A DNA stretch of 64,000 nt from Vicugna vicugna (taxonomy: Eukaryota). Below, piece after piece: positions 25,152-39,575 of the stretch. Below the pieces are notes generated by a model, which saw nothing but the letters and a program-made list of their open reading frames with translations, was not told the DNA's origin and did no database searches. How positions within the stretch are numbered: the first letter of the stretch is position 1; each line of letters opens with the position of its first letter. The stretch spans positions 5,440,066 through 5,504,065 of the forward strand of contig MU058221.1 of NCBI GenBank assembly GCA_013265495.1. The letters run 5' to 3'. The translations under genes and the position numbers were made by a program.

Positions 25152-28100
25152 TTAACACGTGAGACGGAGACCCGGCCTCTGCAGCCAGCTCGCTCTTTTC
25201 CCTCCTACTGCTTCTGAATGCCACATGGCACATCAGGAAGAGCACTCACTACTCCATACCCGGTGGGCCTGGACTCAGCGGGTGCCCTGCCACTCGCAGG
25301 GGCGCGGCCTCAATCAGCCCAGATGGTCTCCTAAGCTTTGTATTAACATGTATCATGTGCTGTTGCTCTCGGGATCAGAGACAACCCCATGTCCGTCCGA
25401 TACCTGTCACAGGGCCTGCGTGTTGGCCGTCCAACGAGGGTGACAGAACTTGCAGGCAGTGAGGGAGCCCAGCCGGGACGGGGAACGCCCCCTGCCTGCT
25501 GCCCGCCACACCATGCACCTCCAGGAGGCGGCACTGCTCGGGCCTGCCGACTCCTGTTCCCTTGGTGTGGAAGCCCCACCAGTTCTTAGAGAACTAAGAT
25601 GTGCAAGAGCTCATCAGAATCTCCAGGGCAGTGATAACTTACTTTGTGGCAGAAAATCATGTCGACAGGTTAGAACCAAACCAATGTAAAAGGACCAACT
25701 TGAGGCACGGCCTGGGGGTTGGGGGGTGGTCTTCCCTGGCCCCTGGCCCCCTGCTCCTTTCTTCATATAACCTCCTCTGGCCTGTCTTCCTCACCAAGCC
25801 CTAACAGCACACCGAGATGAACTGCTTTTAATCACATGAAGTACAGGTCCCTCCTCCGCCCAGCCAGCCACCCTCTGTTCCTTGAGCACCTATGATGTGC
25901 CCACCACGTGCCAGCCCCGGGGGGCAAAGCGAGGATGAAAAGACAGGCACTTAGAGCCTTAACTGGAGAAGCAGGCAAGTCACATGTTTACTGTTTTGTT
26001 CATTAAAAATCAAAGACTGCTCCTTTCCCGCCCCCCCCTTTTTTTTTACTTTTTAAAGTTGTAGATGGTTTTGCTGAAGTTTCTGCCCTTGGCAGAAAAA
26101 AAGGTCCTCACCCACCAATCCAGGCAGGAGCCTGGCCACCAGGCACTGGGGGCAGGGATGAGGCGGCCAGGTCGGGGGGAGCCCGGCTTGTCCTTAGAAA
26201 GCCAGAGTCCAACTGGGAAGAGGGGGCGGAAGGGACGCTCCTGAGAGGACAGGCTCTGGTGCAGGTCTCATCCAGAGACAGAGACAGACGAGGGCCCCGC
26301 CTGTACAGTGGGGCCACTCCTGCCGCACGGCCCAGCCCGCGGCGCAGACTGGAGGTGGGGAGACGAGCCGGACGGGGTCCACCGCCGCACTCCTCGCCTC
26401 TCCTGCTGTGTGGCTGCCACTCCGGCTCGTCTGGCTCCCGGGCCTGTCCCCTGAGGGGCTATCACCCCTCTGAGGCTCTTCCCCGCAGCGTTTCAGGCGC
26501 CTCACAACTGGCCTCAGCCCCAAATATCCACCTGCTTCCACCCACCCCTGCGCATCCTTTGGGCTTCTGCTCAAGCCACGTGCTCTGCCAGCCACTCCCC
26601 GAGCCTCCCCTCGAGCTGCCAGTGCTGCACCCGCCCCTCACTGCTGGCTGTCAGTGCAGGTGTGACCCCTAAGAGGCCTATCTTCATCTCCCAGGTGGGC
26701 ATCCCTCCCACCCTGCCTGCCTTTTCTGCTGAACAGGACTGGTGCAGACCATGGCAGAAGTGAGGAAGGAGAAAAAGCCCCTGGCCGGTAAGTGGCAGGC
26801 CTGCTACCAGCGCGCCAGGGCTCTCCTGGGGGTGCGGGGAGGCTGTCCTTCTGCGATTCTGCCCAGAGCCGGGGAACCGGGGGCCCGCAGTGGCTGCTGT
26901 GTGAAGGTGGTGCTGTTTGTCACAAGGTGGCAACTGAGAGGGAACCGGAGGGGTAGCAGCAGAGAAACCTCCCTCCCACACAGTTACCAACAGGGAACGT
27001 GGCCCTGGGCTGTTTCCCAAAGTGCCTGCCGACCGCTCCACCACCTGCGGCTTGCAGTCAGACTCACAGGAGCTCCGATGCGGCCGCCCAGAACTCACAC
27101 CCCCCGCCCCCGCGGGCTGCTCTTCCCTCCTCCCCGCCCCCGCCCCCCCTCACCTTCCAGGTCATTCACACAAACAGCCAAAGGGGTGAGGGCCAGTACT
27201 GATAGTGAGGGGACCGTCACAGCTTATGGCTCCAGCTAGGGACACGCTTCTGTGTCTTTTTTTTCCCCTCCAGTCTACGTCGGAAGAGTCTCATGATCCC
27301 ACAGCTGGGTTGAAGGAAGGGAAGGAAGACAGGGAGAAGGGGAAGAGAGAGAACAGGAGGGGGGAGGGAGGAGCAGAAGGGGGAGGAGAAGCGAGAAAGG
27401 AAAAAGCAGCAGCTTCCTGGGGGGGTCCCTCTTCCGAGGGCGCCCCCCCCGCCACGGTCTGTAAGGGGCCCGCGTGGCTGCTTCGCTGCCCAGCCCCGGC
27501 AAAGGTCGCCCAGCCACACCCACTTCACCTCCCGCCCCGTCTCCAGCCCACTCTGCCAAGGTCACAGAGTAGCTCCGCCAAGGGCACATGCACATGGCTA
27601 TGTTTATTATCACAGCTTTTCAAGTGCACAAGCAAAAGACAAAGTAGGAGCTGAGTAAGTATTTCGCCACTGGGAAGAAGCCAGGGCTCTCGGAGAAGAA
27701 ACTGTTTTAAAGTGATGGGTTTTCAATTCTCCAGGATAAGGTAAATAAAAGAACTCCAAGCACCGCCTGGCGCGCGCCTCAGGCCGACCTACCTGAGTGG
27801 CAGGCCCGAACCTAAGATGGAGAGAAGTGGGGCAGGTCGTCCCACTCCGCCTGCTCTCGAAAATTCCCAAGAGGCCCCGTGATCCTGATCCCCGTTTCTC
27901 AGAAAAGGGCCGCCTGCCTGGCCAGCACAGACACGAGGCACGCTGGGAGTTACGCTCCTCCCGGTTAATTAAGGAGCCGGCAGGCTGGGGCCCAGGCGGG
28001 TCTCCTGCGAGGTGGCCCAGCACCACAAGAGCCGCCTGGCAAAATGAGCCTCCTCCACCCAGGCGAGGGGTGGGCAGTGCAGGTGCTCCCTGTGGCCCAG

Positions 28101-29349
28101 CCAGCTCCACCTGCCCATCCCTGTCCAAAGGGCTGAGCTCATCGACCATAATACAAGCCATCCTAAATGCCACCTGCTTAGAGGGCCCGTGGCAGAACCG
28201 TCCCTCCCTCCGGGCCAAGCTGCCCCTCCCGGCCCTGCCATGACTGGACTGTAGGTGGTCATCACTCAGTAAAGGTTTGCGGGATGACTGAGGACAGTGG
28301 ATGTTCTGCCTCGACTCTCCCATCAGCTACTTCTGAGCAGCTCTGGAAGACCCAAGGGCTGGTCCAGACTAGAGGCAGTGGTTAGTGGTCCGTGGCCAAA
28401 TCCTACTGACAAATGGGATCTATCTGGGCCTTGTCAGTCTTTCAAAGAGATATGAATTAATTGCTGATGCTTAAAAATTAGAGAAGACTTGTTTACAAAA
28501 AGCAAAAGCAAGCAATCAAACAACCAAAGACAGAAAAAAAGAGAGGGAGCTTTCTTCTTTTTTTTGAATCAGATCTGGCCACCCGGCCCATACTCCTGCC
28601 CCCTCAAGACAGGTGCCACACCTCCCAGCCTGCCGGGGGCTCCAACCTGCCTCACTGGCCCTGTTACCTGCCGGCCCCACAGCCACTGGTCTGTGCTCCG
28701 CACCCAGGGTCGGCTGGCAAGTCAGACGCGCTTTGCTGATGCTTCCGGGCTGGCCCCAGCCCTCGTGTGACCCCCACCCCCAACTCCTGGACGCTCAGCA
28801 CTGGGCCTGTGTTTCCTGATGTCTAACAGCAACCTGAACTTGAAAAAGTGGAAGTTCATTTTCCCTACCAGCAGGGAACCGGAATTTCTCTGTGGGAAGC
28901 TGGAGGTGGCCCCAGTTATAGAACTGGCGTTTACAGGCAGCATCCATCAGTCAGTCCACAGCTCATTCCCAGCAGAATATAAAAGTATCAGGGAACACAT
29001 GTCAAAAACGGACCCCAGACCACGTGCGGGTCTGACATCACAGAGCATCACTGCAACAGGGCTCCATCCTCTTTATGGTACACGGACCTCCACCTCCTGA
29101 AGCCTGCAAGCCCGAGCAGACAGGACTCGTCGACCAGCAGAACAGGGTGCAGGGAGGGGTATGCAGTTAATGCAGTCACACCCACAAGCCAGATTAGGGG
29201 TGAGCTCTCCAGATTCAGCTGCAGGGTTTCCCTAAACACTTTCCTTGAAGGACTCCTTTGGGCAGATGTGCCCCATCTCCGGGAGTCCTGTGACCAGGAG
29301 CCCTCCAGGTCAATGGGAATGAAACAACAAACGTGGCCTGAGTCCCGAC

Positions 29350-29507
29350 CTTGTTTCCATGAAGTGCAGGATGTCCTCGGGTCTCAGGCACTTCTCCTGC
29401 TGGTAATACGCATGCGGCAGGAACTGGAAACGCAGCTGGTACACCCGGAACTTGCTCTGTTTCTCCCCCATAGAGAAAGACTCCTGGACATCAATCTTCT
29501 CCAATAC
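29350..29507 (-). CDS. POLR1A: POLR1A exon ~27, [10 protein letters not shown]...HFMET(R)
   Basis: 158 nt, phase 0 to 2; ctctag| acceptor, |gtcggg donor. Confidence 0.95.
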
Positions 29508-29881
29508 CTAGAGCCAGAGAGACGGACAAAACCCAATTCGCCCGATGCTTGAGACCGATCATTACAAGCGGGTTATGGGAAATCCAAGGATCTGGGGGGA
29601 CGGGCTAGGGAACCACAGGCTGAAACCCCAAAGAAACTCCAGTGAGCTCTGCTGGTTGGGACCCCCAGCCTGTAGGTCACACCTCCAGAGAATGGCCTGA
29701 GGCTGAGGGGCAGGCAGAGGCTCCCGTGGGGCTGGTAAGCTAACCCAGGAAGTGTCTTTGTTTTTAAGGCACAGAAGAATGCCGATTACTTTCAAAGCTT
29801 CCTGATCCATCCCTGCTCAGCCCCTGGCAGAGAAAGCCTCCCTCTCGTTGGTGGAGTCTGAGTCCAAGGTCTGAGCAGCTA

Positions 29882-30163
<282 letters not shown>

Positions 30164-30904
30164 TCATGAAGATGTCAGAGATCTGGGATCTGAGAGAGAG
30201 ACCCTGGGATCTCGCAGGGAAGTATGCCGGATCAGGCAGTCTCAGTTCTGGCCCCGTGAGTGACAGCAAGGGACTCCGCTGCCACTTTCCCCCACGGGAG
30301 GATGGGTTCCTCAAGGACAGGCCGTGTCACTCCTGCTTCCTATCACCCATGCCTCAAATGCAGTGCAGGAACGCTGAGCGCTTACCCAACGAACGAGAGA
30401 TGCACGGAGGGAACGGGCACCTGCAGCCTCCCATTCAGCGCAGGGACCCTGCCGCAGGCCTCGGCCGCGAGCTCAGTCAGCCCGTGCAGGCTGGCTGCAA
30501 GTGGGCCCTGCCCCCCTCCTTTCCACAGACCCTGAGGTTGAGAAAGCCGACGACCCCGAGGCCACTCTGCTAGAAAGTGGCAGAGCCACATAGGTGAGCC
30601 TGACCCCTGTTCTTTCCTCTCGTCCAGCAGCCATCAACCTGCAGGGTGCGTGCTTTTACCTGAAGGACCAGGGCCACTGTGGGTCCTGTTCTAGGTGAAC
30701 GGTGCCCCAGGAGTTGGGCAACCATGGCCTGACCCTAGGAGTGTGCAGGTTCACAAGCATCCCAGGTGACTTGGATACAGGAGTTGGCAGAGAGAGAGAT
30801 GGAGACTCTAAGAGGCGCGGGGCATGGATCTAGCCACAGAAACCAGCCGGGCTCTGGAAATTCCAACCCTATCCCTGCTTTGATGAGACCCTCTCTCTCT
30901 CTCA

Positions 30905-31261
<357 letters not shown>

Positions 31262-32099
31262 TTACCTCTCCCTCTATCTGGGCTTGTTTTTCTAGGCACA
31301 TGGTCCTTCTCATCTTTAAATTCCTGCCAGCGACCCGAAATCACGCAGCACAGAGCCCAGCCGGGTGGCTGCAGCTCTAGCTGTCCGGGCTCGGACAGTT
31401 TACGTTCCCCTGAGAATGTCAATGGAACTTCTGAGCTCACCATTCATACTTGCTTTTGTTAATTCATTTTTCCCCATTAGCTGTGACAGCTTGGAAGGGC
31501 TTAAACCTCTCTCTAAGCAAAACAGGAAGAGGTTCACAAAGCAATTATGGAGATTCGGGGGGGAGAGGAAACCGGGTGCTTATTTTCTTAGTTAGCGCAA
31601 ATGGCTGCAGGCCATGTTGGAAGTACCCATGCGCCACAATTCTGTAATTTGCAAACTGTTCTTCCCAGGAAAGCCGGCCCTTTTAGAGCAGCCACAGAAC
31701 CCTGCATTACCCCAGCGCCCGGGACAAGGAGGGGGCTCAACAAATGGAGACCACACCACGTAATGTGTGAAAGCAGAAAAACGTAATAAAACTGCTGTGC
31801 GAGTTCTTCTCAAGAGAAGTCAGGCCTTTCGCTAACCTGATGTGTCTTTTCTCCCCATTACTTCAAACCAGTGAGGTTGGGCTCTGTGTTAGCATTCCCG
31901 ATAGGAAAAATCTTCAAATACTTCCAGAACTTTGGAGCTGCACCCAGAGACTGCTGCCTGCCAACAAGTCCCCTGCAAAAGAGCCACTGAGGCAGATCCA
32001 CCGTCTTGGCCCTCTGAGCCCAAGTGATGCTCCCGAGGGCTATGCTCTCCCACAGCTGGAGGGAGGGCCAGCATGGTCCTTCTGAAGGGGAATGGTGGT

Positions 32100-32189
32100 G
32101 GGGAGGGTAGAGCTCAGTGGCAGAGCACATGCTTAGCGTGCACAAGGTCCTGAGTTCAATCCCCAGCACCTCCATTAAAAATAAATAAA
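32100..32189 (+). mobile_element. tRNA-Ala-derived SINE (vic-1-like)
   Basis: A box agctcagtgg, anticodon-like cttagcg, B box gagttcaatcc, followed directly by an A-rich tail. Confidence 0.85.
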
Positions 32190-33166
32190 GGTAAATGGCA
32201 GTAACCTGAGCTGCAGGGAGGCAGGTGAAGGGGGCTGGGTGGGGGGCGGGATCAGGGCCTTGCTCTTTTCAGGGAAAGCCCTGTTGGCAGCTAGGTCACA
32301 AGCTGGGCATGGTTTACTCTATTTGCAAATCTCTGAGGCCTGGGGGAGAAACCACATTAAAGAGTGGTTTAAAAGAGAGCCCTGTAGCTCCCCTCGGGGC
32401 CCTCCACCCAGGTGTTTGTCTTGGCTCATCTTCCCTGCAGCCCCACTCCCCGGACCTCAGCCTCTCCACGCACCCCGCTGGGCTTCCCACACGGCCTCCG
32501 TCTTCGGTGCTGCGGGCCAGGCCGAGCGAGCTGAACGGGCAGGATCCCCTGACAACGGCTCTGAGACCAGCGCCCGGCAGGCATTCCTCGGGGGCACTTC
32601 TGATGTTCTGAGCCGTCGTGGCTCAGTGCTGGTCTACACCTGGCTGCCCACCTGCCTAGCCCACACGACTTTCTCCTGTTTTACTTTTTTGTAAGCAAGT
32701 CCAAGTAGAGGGCTCCAGGTGGTCCTTCTTCCTCGAGGCTTTGAAACCCAAAGCTCAAAGGATTGCTGGAATAATCACATCCAACCCCTAATGAGAGGCT
32801 GAAACACGGTTTCATGGGCAGGGAATGACTTGCCCCAGGTCACCGAGCTGGCAGCGCCGAATGGTGACTAGATTCCCTGACTGTCACTTAACCACACCCA
32901 TCACACCAAACTCAAGGGAGAGGTCCTTTGTGGGAGCCTCTGTCCAGCAGTGTACTCCTCTCTGTCTTGGCCCAGATGGGGGGTGCGTCCCTGCCTACCT
33001 GCTCTCATCTGTCCTGGAGCCCTCAGTGCCTGCAACGGACCCTCTGTTTCACTTCCCTCCCTCTGGCTGGAGCCTTGAACGCAGGAGGCGGCCGGTGTGG
33101 GTAGGGACGGGCCTGAGAAGCAGATCCTTCCCCTGCACAGGCTGTGCGACAAATCAACGTCATTAC

Positions 33167-33381
33167 CTGTCGAGAGAGAGCTCTGACTTCTCATAACTCT
33201 TCTCTGCTTGAGCTGCCCACTCGTGACTGTAGTCATCCACCTTCTTTTCAAAGGTTTCTGACACTGACGCGAAGTAGATGTCTGGGCGCCAGACGGAGAG
33301 ACTGGGGTCAGGACAAGGGGCTGCCCTCTTTTGGTATTTCCTTCGGCTTTGCTCATCTAACTCGCTCCACATCCTCAACAT
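33167..33381 (-). CDS. POLR1A: POLR1A exon ~24, [10 protein letters not shown]...SELSLD(R)
   Basis: 215 nt, phase 0 to 2; tttcag| acceptor, |gtaatg donor. Confidence 0.96.
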
Positions 33382-34221
33382 CTGAAACGGAGAGCAGGCC
33401 TCAGCTGTGCTGGAGGACACCAGGAATGGGCTTCTCTTCCTGGACACCCAGCACAGGACAAGGAGGGGCAAAGGCTCTGGCTCCAAATGAGTGGGGGAAA
33501 GAGACAGAAACCTGGCTGCAATTCGAGAACCGTCTCAACATCTAAAACAGGTGAAGCCGAATCCATCCCAAGGCTCACTGCTTAACCACGACTCTATGAG
33601 CAATTCGTTCTGGCCAGTAAGTTACTGTCCAGGCTGAGATTCTTGTAGAGTGAAACAGGGCACTATTAATAATAATTCTGGGATGAGACACAAACCCGGG
33701 GCTGTCCCGGGCCAAGCAGGACACAGTCACCAGGAGCCAGGTGACTGTGCTGGATCCCTGTTTGTCCCCCACTCAGGCCTTCACACACTCGATGCCCCAG
33801 AGCTGCTTCCTCTGCCTCCAGGCTCCCCGCTGTGTCTGGCTGATGGGAGGTCCCAGGAGCAGAAAGGGAAGCGGGAGGAGAGTGAGGCCGGGCACTCATC
33901 CCCCAGCCTCTCTAAGGAGCCTCTGAGTAGCCCCAGCCTCTCTCCTGAGGGCTCCTGTCAGGTGGCCTCGGTCTGCGGTGGTGACCACTCCCCCTGTTCC
34001 TTCATATCCAGTCGGGGTGGGCGGTGGAGAACCCCAGCCAGTTTCCTGAAACCCTGCCCACATCTCTGTAAGGGTTCCCCTCCTTGAATTCCTGTTTGAG
34101 GGCCATCTGTTTCCTGACAGGCGGTGAATGAAGCCAGATTTCACTACTGTCCCCTCCACTGTGGAAGTGCTCCTCCATCCCCGCCAGCCCTGACTGACCC
34201 CCCACCCCCCCCCAGGATCAC

Positions 34222-34443
34222 CTGGCAAGTCTCGGGGCTGCGGCCATTCTGGCTTGCGCCCTCGAGGTTCAAGGCTTTCACGGCCGCCTGAATTTTCTGG
34301 GAATAATTCAGGAAGGCACCCCTTCGCAGCAGGCTGTTGGAATGCTTGCTTTGCCATTTTTTGATGGCTCTGAAGTGGCGGAGGGCTTTCTGGGGATCTG
34401 CTCTGGATAAAACTTCATGGAGATGCTTCGATTTCATTATCAC
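34222..34443 (-). CDS. POLR1A: POLR1A exon ~23, [10 protein letters not shown]...RSPETCQ
   Basis: 222 nt, 74 codons; gcttag| acceptor, |gtgatc donor. Confidence 0.95.
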
Positions 34444-35311
34444 CTAAGCAAACCAACCACACACAGGAACGAAGAGGTGAGGGTGGGACACAAGGGACAT
34501 GTCACACAACTTCACAGGACTGAGGTGGCCTGTGTGGGGCGTTTGTGATGCCCCTTGCGGGTGGGGTCGAGCTCTCACTCCTAACCAGGGCCCTCACTCT
34601 GGGCAGACCAGACTTGGGAGCTGGCGGTCTCAGGAGCTGAGGCCATGGGGAGAGACCGACACAGCTGGAGTCTCTCTGAACACGGAAATTTCTGGGAAGA
34701 AAGGAGGGGACAGGAGCCAGGTGGAAAGGAGCCAGCCCCAGAGCTCCACCTGCAACTCAACCACCTGCTGCGTGACCTTAGACAGGCCAGTTCAGCTTCA
34801 GCTTCCCACTCTGCAAAACGAGGTGACTGCTCGGTCAGCCGTGATGATCACTCTTGCAGCACGAAGGGATGGTATGAAGATCACGAGCTTGTGTGTCAGA
34901 GGGCCCGGGTGCACACACGAGCCCTGCCACTCACCAGCTAGTCACTTAAGCTCATGCTCAGTGGCCTCAGCTGTAGAATGGGCAGAGGAGGCCCTGCCTC
35001 CCCAGGCTATAGTGAGGATGAGGGCAGAGAGCATCCACAGTGCGCTCCGGCCTAGGGCCCAGCACACAACAAACGCCCCCACGCGGTGCTGTCGTTCTGG
35101 AGGTCCGCGTGACTCTCTGCCATCTCACGGAAGTCTGATGGAAGTACCCAGAGGGGCTCTGAAAACGTCAGGTGTTCCAAGGCCCTGGCGCTCTTAAACT
35201 CTTCCCGCACGAGTTTTCAGTGGCCAGTCTGACTGAGTGGCAAAGCTCAGGGTGGGAGGCCCAGCACACAGCCCTGGCCCCGCCACCCCCGGGCGCTCAG
35301 AGCAACACTAC

Positions 35312-35477
35312 CTCATAGTTGCTGGCGAGGAAGGGGAACTGCCTGGGCTGCAGGAACTGCGTCTTGGGGATGTCCAGGCCATCCTCCCCGTACAGGAACT
35401 GCACCACGCTGCCGTCGCTGTCACGGACCGTCAGGTCATACTGGACGACCAGCCCCTCCAGGTGCTTGATGATACAC
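35312..35477 (-). CDS. POLR1A: POLR1A exon ~22, CIIKHLEGL...[10 protein letters not shown]...ASNYE
   Basis: 166 nt, phase 2 to 0; conserved QFLYGEDG motif. Confidence 0.97.
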
Positions 35478-37804
35478 CTGTTACAGAAGCCAGCGGCTCA
35501 GCGCCCGCTGGGCCCACCACCTCCCAGGGAAGCCTCTGATGGGGGCCAGTGGGGGGCAGAAAGGGGGACTGCTGTTCTGCAGCCAAGCAAGCCTCCAGGA
35601 CAGGCTGGCTCTGATGCCCTGGCTCTGAGCTACAGCACCTGCGGGCCAGGGGCTGAAGCCATGTGCCTGGAGAGGTTGGCTGTCCCAGGTCGGCTCCCAC
35701 GTCCGGCCCCAGCTGCTGGGACTACTGCCGGCCCTTGCGCTCTCCAGCATGGCAGAGCTCCCCAGGGACCAGTGTCCTTGGATCTACAAGGTGGGCAGAG
35801 CAGAGGGGCTGTCTCACCCAATGCTTCTCCAATGCCGTCAGTCCAGAGGCTGTCAGGGACAAAGGCGCACTGGAAACTAACTGCTGATGTGACATCCCTA
35901 ACCCGATGCCCTTTTTCCTTGGTGATCCCAGTGGTTAGCTGCCTCCTTGAACCTCTCCCCCTCTGCTGCCCTGGTGCTGGCCCCTTAGCTCACCTCTGGG
36001 GCCACCCTGCTTCGGTTTCTCCTCCCGCCACCTTAAGAGGGGGTTTCCGAGGGGCCACTGTTCCTGAGCTCCAAGGAGAGGGCTCAGTGTTGGTCACCAC
36101 TGCCTTCTTGGCACCCCGCCCAGGGCCGGGCCGGGCAGGGCCACGCACCCACAACCCCTGTGCTGCAGACCCTGAGGTGTCGGTCACGGGCTGCAGCTCT
36201 CAGCATCGGCACCGGCCCGAAGGCTGCACCCCCAGGCCCTCCTGAGCTTCAGGTCCGTCTCTGGAACATGTCCACTTGCATACCTGCTGCCGCCCCCTCA
36301 CCCCAGCCACACTTCTGTGTCCCCTCTGCAGTGCTGTCCTGTGTTCTGCCCACTCTGCTGCCACTCGGGCCCGAAAAGTCTGCTGGGCCTGACGCCTCCT
36401 GACTCTTAACTCGTTTCCGCCAGCTGCCCCGTGTCTTCGACACATCGGTGTCTCCCTTTCCATCGCCACCCTTGGGAGGCAGCCCTCTGACCTGCAGCCT
36501 GGGCGTCTGCCACGGCCGCACCAGCCCCCTCCAGCTCCTCCTGTCTGCAGCGCTGCACTCGCCCGCTCTGCCGTGAGCCTCCACCAGCTGGTGGGTCCCA
36601 CAAATGCTTGTGCCCTTTGCCCCAACGGCTGCTGCTCCTGGGGGGCTGCTGTTCCAGCCAGGATCCTTGCCACCCGCCTCCTCCTCCCTGCTCTGCATTA
36701 AAATGGCCTCGGGGATGCCCGCCCCATCCATGGATGCCCCACCCCCAGACTTATTTAGTCATTTGTTTCCTAGTGTTTTCTACACTACGTGAGTCTTCAA
36801 TGTTTTAAGAGGATGGGGTGCAACCCCTGTTCACGGGAAGATCTGGCCCTGGAATCTGCTCATCCAAGTGCATGGAGCACCTGCCCCCGACCTGTGCAGC
36901 TGGGCTCCCAACAGACTGGCCTCCAGGTGTGTCTCCACCCCACCCCATGGGCTACACATGCAGCCTTGGGAGGTCAGGGGAAGGGACTGAAACAAGGGAG
37001 GCGAGTCTGGAGCTCAGAAGCGGGGAAGGACAAAACTGGAGCGCACAGGCAGGTCTCTGAGGGGGAGAAGAGAGGGCCCCCCACCCCGTTCAGCTGTCAG
37101 CTGCGCTCCAGGCCTGAGAGGCACAGGGGTGATTTCTGCCACTTCCTCCATTTCCCACCACCATCTCCACCAGCACAGGTTCTCTGGGCTTAGGGAGACA
37201 CACCACCCCAAAATCCCAAGGCGGAGCCCCCATAACTGCACCCTCAGGGTTGGGGGAGGCGTGAAGGGAGCCCCTCCTGCCGGCACCCCGGAGTCAGGCT
37301 GTGTGCCGTTTTAAGCTTCAACCCCGCACCTGCCCAGACAGGCCAGTCAGAGTGCCTACCTGATCCCTTTCCTCCCAGAGAGGAGACTAAACAAGCAGGT
37401 CCAAGCTGGGGAACCCTGATGGGAAACTTGCACCCGGCGGGGCAGGAACTCCGTTACTGACTCACAGGATCCAGAATCCTCTCTGAGCTGTTCTGACCAC
37501 TGAGCCGTCACAGGGCGGAGGCCCAGCTCATCACCCCAAGACCCTTCCCCGCATCCACGACCTCGCCCGGGGAACAGCACACCCGCAGGGGTGCTTCGTA
37601 TAAACCTCTGAGCTCACGCTCTACCAGCCCTTTAGAAGGGGGAGAACTCCTGTTGTTTTCTGTCTCGGGCCACCCATGGACATTTTTTAAGTTTTTTCAT
37701 CCAAAGGGATCTTCAGTGAATTGTCCATGAAAACGTGAAAGACCACAGTGATGACCTGGGGTGCTGATCGATCTAAAGGAGGCGGGCGGAGCAGGGGCTC
37801 TTTA

Positions 37805-37936
<132 letters not shown>

Positions 37937-38267
37937 TCAGGCCAATGCCCCCAGCAGCCTCGCCTGACCTCCTAGTGCCCTTGGCATTGACGGCTCCAAT
38001 GGCCCCAGTGACCTCTGCGCCGCACCCTCACCGCAGGGTTACCTCTGTCTTACCCTGCCTGAGAGCAGAGGGACAAGTAGGGGAGAAATGCAGCTCCACT
38101 CACAGGAGCCAGGGCTCCACCTGCACTTGTGTGGCCCATCCTCAGGACCACACCCCCCACACCCTACACCCCACTTTCCAGATAGAAACGGCTCGGCTGC
38201 CTCATTACTGTGCCTCGTCCAGGCCGTGTGTCTGAATTCTGCTTCCAAGAGTGTTAACAGAGGGACG

Positions 38268-38516
38268 GAGTGTTTTCCAAACTTCCGTAACGAGAAATAC
38301 ATTTGTGACGGTAATCAGCAAACACATACACACATCCACATGTGCAGATAAAGACATACGACTCAAACTAGAACTTTACGAAATCACCCCATCCCTTACT
38401 CTGATGCTTTCTTTACTACCCTGTTCTATTTCATTACCTAAAGAGATGGCAGTCACTATCTACCACGGTGATTTCAGGATTCATCAATGGGCCACAACCT
38501 GAGCTGAAAAACTCTG
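38268..38516. mobile_element. Non-autonomous hAT/Charlie-type DNA transposon fossil
   Basis: Degenerate terminal inverted repeats gagtgttttccaaact and agctgaaaaactctg. Confidence 0.55.
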
Positions 38517-39218
38517 GTTGACGTCAGTTCTCCATCATCCTTTGCCAGAGGCCACCGGAGAGCATGTGTATGGGACCGATGGAGGAGCCCTGGGAGCAGC
38601 CAGTGGCCTTGACACAAAGTGTCAGTCCCATTCACAACCTGGACTGAGCTGTCTGAACACAAGAGGCGTCCAGGCAGAGATGCACTCAACCAGGGAATAG
38701 AAGGTACTAACATTCAAAAAGCCATTTCTGACAAGCGTAAGGGGAAAGCTTTCCTCTCAGGGGAGAGTTCTGCTGACCAAGGGAAAACTAGACGTTTGCT
38801 ACAGCTGGTCAATTTCCCAGGGTCAAGGAGGAGCCACGGAGGGTCTCTTTAGGGGAAATGAATCTCTGTGGTGCTCCTTCCGGCAGCACAGAGCACGCTG
38901 GTGAGGGGTTCCCCTTCCCCAGCTGCCTTCCCATGCAGCTGAGAACGGGTGGGGAGGGGGCACACAGCAGGAAGAGATGGAGCTGGCACTGATCTTCAGC
39001 ATCTTTGCATTTATCAGCAATCCCTTCCTGAGCACCTATGGGGTGCCAGGCACCGTGCTGGGCTCTGACGTGACAAAGGCGACTATGACGTGGTCGCGTC
39101 CCCGCGGTCCTCACGGGCCTCAGGGTCTAGTGGGCGAGCAGGGACGGCCTGCACCTATTGCTTGGCTGTCCTTGCTGAAATTGCTGGTGAAAGTCACAGG
39201 CCGCCTATTCTGAGCCTA

Positions 39219-39575
<357 letters not shown>

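Noticed and set aside
32100..32174. Possible tRNA-Ala gene (also 58947-59021)
   Set aside because: Imperfect stems and an immediate A-rich tail rather than a T-run terminator; best explained as a SINE.
35319..36245. 308-aa plus-strand ORF, plus neighbouring 34499..35197
   Set aside because: Antisense shadow of an exon and GC-rich intron with MIR-like sequence; no coding signature.
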